A stretch of DNA of 44,975 bases. It comes from a virus. This document shows positions 40,117-44,975 of the stretch, in pieces (within the stretch, counting starts at the first letter, position 1; every line of letters begins with the position of its first letter). The translations under genes and the position numbers were made by a program. The stretch is taken from IMG/VR virus record IMGVR_UViG_3300031539_000078, positions 1 through 44,975 of that record; one strand, 5' to 3'. The notes under the pieces were generated by a model. The model was not told where the DNA came from. It searched no databases and saw only the letters and a list, made by a program, of their open reading frames with translations.

Positions 40117-41910
40117 ATGGAAAATAAACCAACAGTTGAAAAAATTAAAGACCGCTTTAAGGCTTATGAGACACATTACACCACGCTTCATGCCCAGCAA
40201 ATAGAGATAGATAATTATTATGAGTTAGTCTTTAAGGCTGGTGTGCCTAAGCGATATGAAACACGGATGCCCTCTACGGCACGAGATTGGATAGATGTTG
40301 GAGTAAGGCATTTCACCTTGGATAATCCGAAGTCAAGAGTTCCTCCACGTAATAATAGTGATACTGCTCGTGAACAAGTTGCCAAATTGGAAACCTTTTA
40401 TAACTTCTGGCTCAGGAAGGATATTTTAAAGATTAAAGATGCTGCCAAGAAATTACCCTTACGGGGCCAAGGTGTTATCAAGGTTGATATGGATGATACC
40501 TATTTTGGCAACAAAGAATATAAGGGTGTCGCTATGGAGAAATTATCCAAGGAATTAAGAACAGAATATGAGGAAAAGCGACTTTTCCATTTCCCTCTAT
40601 ATTTAACAATCCCCGACCCGATAAATGTTTATGTTTCTCCCGCCCACAATGGTTTAGTTCCTGTTGATGTTATTGAATCTTACAATATGACAGTGGCAGA
40701 GGCAGAAGCTCTTTGCCTCCGAAATGGCTGGGAGTGGAAGGGGGGAGAGGGTAAAAAAGCCAATGATAAGGTTAAATGGCTAAGTTATATCAGTGCTGAT
40801 TACCGATGTTTTTTACTTGGTGATGAACCTGTTTTACAGGATGGAGTTCAGGAAAACTTTTTGGGATTTTGCCCCTATGTTGATATTCCGTCTGGCTCAG
40901 GGCAATCTAGCTATGAGGGAAAGCCAGAATACCTTTATCGCTCTTTGATATGGGGTAAAAGGGATATGTTGAAGATGGAGGTAAGGCTTTTATCACAGAT
41001 GGATGCAATCACGGCTCGATATGCCTGGGTAAAAATGAAGGCAAGGGGTGACCCAGAAATGATAAAGAAGTTATATCCTAATGGAGTTCCCACCGATCCT
41101 GATGAGTGGATACTAGAAACACCCGATGATTTGGGTGGGGTAACAGTTGAGGTTTTACAGGGGGAGCAACCCCCCCAAGGATTATTCCAGCAATACTCAA
41201 TGATTCAGGCTCAGGCTCATCCCCCGAGTGTGTTATCGGGAGTTAGGCCACAGGGCGTTTATAGTGCTCAGGGCTTAGAAGACTTAATGGCTACCTCAAA
41301 ACCTATTTATAAAGATGCCTTTAAGAATCTTGAGGATGCTTTAGGGGTCGCAATGGGTATGGGGGCAAAGATTATAGATACTGTTTATGGACATGATGTG
41401 GCTATCAGGGATTTCTCTGCTGAAGCCAAGCGACAATATATGAACTTGGGGCCAGATGATATTAAGGGACATTATGATTGTGAGGTTCAACTCCTGGCAG
41501 AACCCCCAGAAGCCACCGATGTTAGGAAGGCGTTGGGTAAGACTTTGCGACAGGGTGGTTCTATAAGCCACAAGACCGAATTACGTCAATATGAGGATAT
41601 GTCTGAGAAAGAAGCCGATGATGAACTGGCTCAAATAGCTGCCGAGAATGCTATGCAGGAACCCGCAGTTAGAAATGTTATAGCCCTGAATGCTATGGAG
41701 CGGTTGGGTATGCACAAAGAGTTAGAGCAACTTACAAAAGCTGCACAAGAAGCTAAGCAACAGATTACGAAAGGGAAACCCCCGATACAGCAATCACAGC
41801 AAATACAAACTGGGGCTGGAATGCTATCCAAGCGAGGGCGAACAACACCGGGCGTTGAATCCATACCATCGCCACGGGAAACTCAAACTACTGGAACGTT
41901 AGGGATGTGA
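40117..41910 (+). CDS. Portal protein
   Basis: 597 aa directly downstream of terL. The call rests on size and position; no motif was verified. Confidence 0.7.
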   Translation: MENKPTVEKIKDRFKAYETHYTTLHAQQIEIDNYYELVFKAGVPKRYETRMPSTARDWIDVGVRHFTLDNPKSRVPPRNNSDTAREQVAKLETFYNFWLRKDILKIKDAAKKLPLRGQGVIKVDMDDTYFGNKEYKGVAMEKLSKELRTEYEEKRLFHFPLYLTIPDPINVYVSPAHNGLVPVDVIESYNMTVAEAEALCLRNGWEWKGGEGKKANDKVKWLSYISADYRCFLLGDEPVLQDGVQENFLGFCPYVDIPSGSGQSSYEGKPEYLYRSLIWGKRDMLKMEVRLLSQMDAITARYAWVKMKARGDPEMIKKLYPNGVPTDPDEWILETPDDLGGVTVEVLQGEQPPQGLFQQYSMIQAQAHPPSVLSGVRPQGVYSAQGLEDLMATSKPIYKDAFKNLEDALGVAMGMGAKIIDTVYGHDVAIRDFSAEAKRQYMNLGPDDIKGHYDCEVQLLAEPPEATDVRKALGKTLRQGGSISHKTELRQYEDMSEKEADDELAQIAAENAMQEPAVRNVIALNAMERLGMHKELEQLTKAAQEAKQQITKGKPPIQQSQQIQTGAGMLSKRGRTTPGVESIPSPRETQTTGTLGM

Positions 41911-41913
41911 TAA

Positions 41914-42156
41914 ATGGATAACACAAAAAACTTAATGACTAACGCAATGGAAAAAATGACCCAGATGCTTATTAAGACTGATGAGAAACTGGCAAAGTAT
42001 GGTGTCGAGCCTTATGGGATGAAACGAACTACAGCCAAAGAACAAAGAGAGATGTTTGATAATTTAACGCCAGGGGAATTAGAGAATATGTTACAAACTT
42101 ATGGCCCCGATGCTGTAAATGAATTTTTAGGCAAGTATATGCCCAAGGAGGAATAA
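41914..42156 (+). CDS. Hypothetical small head-module protein
   Basis: 80-aa track ORF. Confidence 0.5.
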   Translation: MDNTKNLMTNAMEKMTQMLIKTDEKLAKYGVEPYGMKRTTAKEQREMFDNLTPGELENMLQTYGPDAVNEFLGKYMPKEE

Positions 42157-42157
42157 G

Positions 42158-42949
42158 ATGGCTGACAAGAGTTGGAAGTGGTATGAAAAAACTGTCCCAT
42201 CCCCTTGGGAGGCTTATCCTGATTTAAGTGGCAAAATAAGGGGATATGGAACAATAATGGAAAGGCTTGGGGGAAGAATGGGTGAACTCCGAGCACAAAT
42301 AGCTGATTATCAGGAAATCAGGCGGGGATTCCAGGGGCCTGAAAGTATATATATCAGATGGATGCTAGATAATAAAATAAAACAATTACAGGCTAAATTA
42401 GCTACACAAAGCGACCAATCTAGTGCGGCTTGGGCTAGACAGGAATTATACATGGCTGCTGGTGAACGACTTGCAGGTGAGGCAGCCCAGCGAGAGGAAA
42501 TAGAATCCCGAGCATGGGCAAGTGCTTTAGAGCCAGGGCAAGAACGAACCTATCCTGTTCCTGGGGGTAAAGAAAGGCAAGCAAGGATAGAACGAGCTAG
42601 GGGAGTTCTGGGTGAACCCCGAGGCGATGGTTATGAGCCAGAACCTCCACCTATACCTGATTGGATGCGAGAATATTTAGAGACATCTATGCCCTTACCT
42701 GGTGGGATGGGAAGTGCTTATGCCATGAGGCCGATGGGTGCACAGGCTGAAATTCCTAGTGAAAGGTTAGGGCAAATGGGAGGTTATCTTGGGTGGACTA
42801 AGGCTGGAGCTCCTACTGAATTTAGTGAAGAGGCTATAACCTCTATGCAAAATTGGCCTAAATGGTGGGGGGAATATACTGCACTTTCTGAGAAGTTATT
42901 TCCCACCAAGGCGAAATTAAGGTCTAAATGGTATCCTAGCTCTCAATAG
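42158..42949 (+). CDS. Hypothetical head-module protein
   Basis: 263-aa track ORF with SD AAGGAGGA. Confidence 0.6.
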   Translation: MADKSWKWYEKTVPSPWEAYPDLSGKIRGYGTIMERLGGRMGELRAQIADYQEIRRGFQGPESIYIRWMLDNKIKQLQAKLATQSDQSSAAWARQELYMAAGERLAGEAAQREEIESRAWASALEPGQERTYPVPGGKERQARIERARGVLGEPRGDGYEPEPPPIPDWMREYLETSMPLPGGMGSAYAMRPMGAQAEIPSERLGQMGGYLGWTKAGAPTEFSEEAITSMQNWPKWWGEYTALSEKLFPTKAKLRSKWYPSSQ

Positions 42950-42957
42950 GAGGTAAA

Positions 42958-43128
42958 ATGCCAGTAACAGTTAGAGAAGGTAGTGGTAAAAAACCATGGA
43001 AGATAGTTGAAAAGGCAACAGGTAAGGTAGTGGGTTCATCCACAAGTAAGGCAAAGGCACAATCTAGTGCCAATGCCAGAAATGCAGCCTTGCATGGTTG
43101 GAAACCTACGGGCAAAAAGAGGAGATAA
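42958..43128 (+). CDS. Small basic protein (56 aa)
   Basis: Not in the track. SD AGGAGG. Translation MPVTVREGSGKKPWKIVEKATGKVVGSSTSKAKAQSSANARNAALHGWKPTGKKRR. Confidence 0.5.
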   Translation: MPVTVREGSGKKPWKIVEKATGKVVGSSTSKAKAQSSANARNAALHGWKPTGKKRR

Positions 43129-44975
43129 ATGGGTCTTAAATGGTGGGAACAAACAGATACAGTTGCTAGTGAAGCGAAAGCAACCCAACAGACAGCCGTA
43201 AAAGCTCTTGATTATTTAGGGGAAGCCCAAAGAACCAGGCGTGAGGCTAAGGAACAGGCAGAGGCAGAACAAGGCCAATGGTGGAAGAAATACTGGCGTG
43301 AGGAAAATCAGGCACGTTTAGAAGGGCAAGCTGTTCAAGAGTTAAAGAACGCTAGTCACGCTCTTGAGATGGCTGGTTTTGGCATAAATCAAATTCCTAT
43401 AACATGGGGAAACATTCAGGCTCAAATGAACTCTGGCTTTACTATGGCTCAACAGCTTGTCAGGCAGGGGCAATTACAACTTCGCCCACAATGGGAAGCG
43501 GAAGCTGGGAAAGAGGCTGAGCAATGGGCTAAATACCAGATAAGTTTGGGTGAAACTAAGTGGAGTGACTATAGCCCTGCCGAACAAGAAGCGATGATAG
43601 AATCTTGGCGGTCACGGATTTTAATGGAACGCCACCCTGAAGTATATGGACAACCTCCAGCACCTAGAGAAGAACCCATAAAGCCTAAATGGTATCAGAA
43701 ATTCATACCAACACGGAAAGAAGCTCTACCTGAAGGTTATGAGATGGGTAAGCCTGAGAAGTTTGTAAGGGGAATGTTTCAACCTTCCAGGGAGGAACGG
43801 GGGATTGAACTTGGGGCTAAACCCGAAGCTAAACCTGAAGTAAAAGCAGAATACCCCACGCCCACTATGTCATTAGAGCAATTTGAGCAGCAATATTTTG
43901 CCGATAAGGGTTGGGAATATGACCCCACCATACCTCGCTATATTACTCCCGTTACAGAGCTTGACCCCGTAGCGTCATTGAAAGCTCAACATATAACGAT
44001 GGCACAGGAGGAATATGCGAGAACATATGGGGCGAAAGCATTAATACAAAGCTATTTAGGCGATACTGCCAGTTTCCTTTATGCTCCTGCAAGAGCGATT
44101 AGACCAGAAGTTAAATGGGAAGAAATAACCCCAGCAGAACATGTATTAGGTATAGGGCAGATAGCCCTATATGTTATTGGGCCTGCTGCTGGGGCAATAC
44201 CAGGGGTTACTGGTGCTATAACTAGAACGGCTGCAGTAGGAACGGCTGCATCTGCTTTTACAGCCCATACAGCTATGACGTGGGATGATATGAGTCCTGT
44301 GCAAAGAGTCATATCCGTTGGTTTTGATGTTTTATTCTGGGCTGGGTTTGCCTGGTCTGCTAAGGGTCTTTCTACTGATGTTAAAGCAGCACAGGATTAT
44401 TATAAGACACCATTAGCTAAAGAAATGCCGGATAATCTAAGGGGTACGGCTTTTGAGGCGAAGTGCAAGAATCTTTATGTTGAAGCTTGTAGGGTAGGAA
44501 GAAGGGGCGATCTTGAGTCATTAAAGAGGGCAGAAAAGTTATATCAACAAATTAAGGATGAGATTATTCTGAAGGGTTATGCACCTAAAGGCGGGTGGGA
44601 GCCTTATACTCTTGCAGCGACAGGCACGCCAACAGCAGGTAATCCCACTACAACTCTGATTGTTCGGAATGTTGAGAAGATGAAAGCTACTCAACCTTCT
44701 GTTACTCCACCGATTGCTCCTGCTGTGGCTGCGGTAAAACCTACTGCAATACCCGAAAAGGTTACACCAGTTGCCCCAGAGGTTACAGGTTTATATGCAA
44801 AGCCACCAGGACGACACGAAGTACCACAATTCGGTGAGGCAGGTGCTGTACCAGAATATACACCTTCCGCAGAGGGTAGACGTAGGATTATTGAGTCAAG
44901 ATTAAAACGTGGCGAGCCTGTATCTGCAAAGTTACTGGCAGAGTTTCCTGATTTAGCTAAAGTTGCCCCTGAAGT
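43129..44975 (+). CDS. N-terminal part of the 1302-codon giant virion-associated protein (continues at base 1)
   Basis: ATG 43129 follows SD AGAGGAG. I translated the frame to the window end and found no stop, so it is absent from the track. Hydrophobic stretches IGQIALYVIGPAAGAIPGVTGAI and VISVGFDVLFWAGFAWSA. Confidence 0.8.
   Translation, partial: MGLKWWEQTDTVASEAKATQQTAVKALDYLGEAQRTRREAKEQAEAEQGQWWKKYWREENQARLEGQAVQELKNASHALEMAGFGINQIPITWGNIQAQMNSGFTMAQQLVRQGQLQLRPQWEAEAGKEAEQWAKYQISLGETKWSDYSPAEQEAMIESWRSRILMERHPEVYGQPPAPREEPIKPKWYQKFIPTRKEALPEGYEMGKPEKFVRGMFQPSREERGIELGAKPEAKPEVKAEYPTPTMSLEQFEQQYFADKGWEYDPTIPRYITPVTELDPVASLKAQHITMAQEEYARTYGAKALIQSYLGDTASFLYAPARAIRPEVKWEEITPAEHVLGIGQIALYVIGPAAGAIPGVTGAITRTAAVGTAASAFTAHTAMTWDDMSPVQRVISVGFDVLFWAGFAWSAKGLSTDVKAAQDYYKTPLAKEMPDNLRGTAFEAKCKNLYVEACRVGRRGDLESLKRAEKLYQQIKDEIILKGYAPKGGWEPYTLAATGTPTAGNPTTTLIVRNVEKMKATQPSVTPPIAPAVAAVKPTAIPEKVTPVAPEVTGLYAKPPGRHEVPQFGEAGAVPEYTPSAEGRRRIIESRLKRGEPVSAKLLAEFPDLAKVAPE
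44849..44975. repeat. Terminal direct repeat, identical to 1-127
   Basis: See feature 1-127. Confidence 0.97.

Overview
This window is a complete, circularly closed genome of a temperate tailed dsDNA phage with a unique length of 44,848 bp. Bases 1-127 recur exactly at 44849-44975, and a 1302-codon ORF reads straight through that junction. Most genes lie on the + strand in tightly packed operons with Shine-Dalgarno sites and ATGA/TAATG start-stop overlaps. Going round the circle, the packaging and head block is: terS (37341), a 16-bp repeat block, a truncated LAGLIDADG gene, terL, portal, three small or medium ORFs and the giant wrap-around virion protein. Next comes a minus-strand moron island (membrane protein plus a tRNA whose anticodon reads AUC), then scaffold-like and HK97-like capsid genes. 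The tail region has two repeat-rich fibre genes and an 834-aa tail protein with a CBM-like domain, followed by a lysis cassette. After that sit a structured ncRNA candidate and an RHH gene / attP (3' half of a tRNA-Lys UUU) / tyrosine integrase unit. The early region has many small ORFs, a RecA-fold helicase-like ATPase, DUF5131, YopX, and C5 and SPPY-type DNA methyltransferases. It is followed by a promoter-plus-terminator unit, a metallophosphoesterase and a minus-strand block. Nine homing-endonuclease genes (6 HNH, 3 LAGLIDADG) are scattered throughout. I recognised no rRNA, CRISPR array, reverse transcriptase, DNA polymerase, tail tube/sheath gene or classical tape-measure gene. The signals most worth a second look are listed here.
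- A promoter-to-terminator ~205-nt structured RNA at 19005-19250.
- The tRNA(AUC), with a trailer segment complementary to its own anticodon arm.
- A recurring consensus-promoter cassette that would give leaderless mRNAs.
- Four 16-bp GTTAAC-containing repeats between terS and terL.
- Eleven 60-bp in-frame tandem repeats in a tail-fibre gene.
- A short promoter-terminator unit resembling lambda PR'/6S.
- An HTH-HNH fusion.
Function calls come from motifs read by eye and from memory of protein families. No database search was possible.
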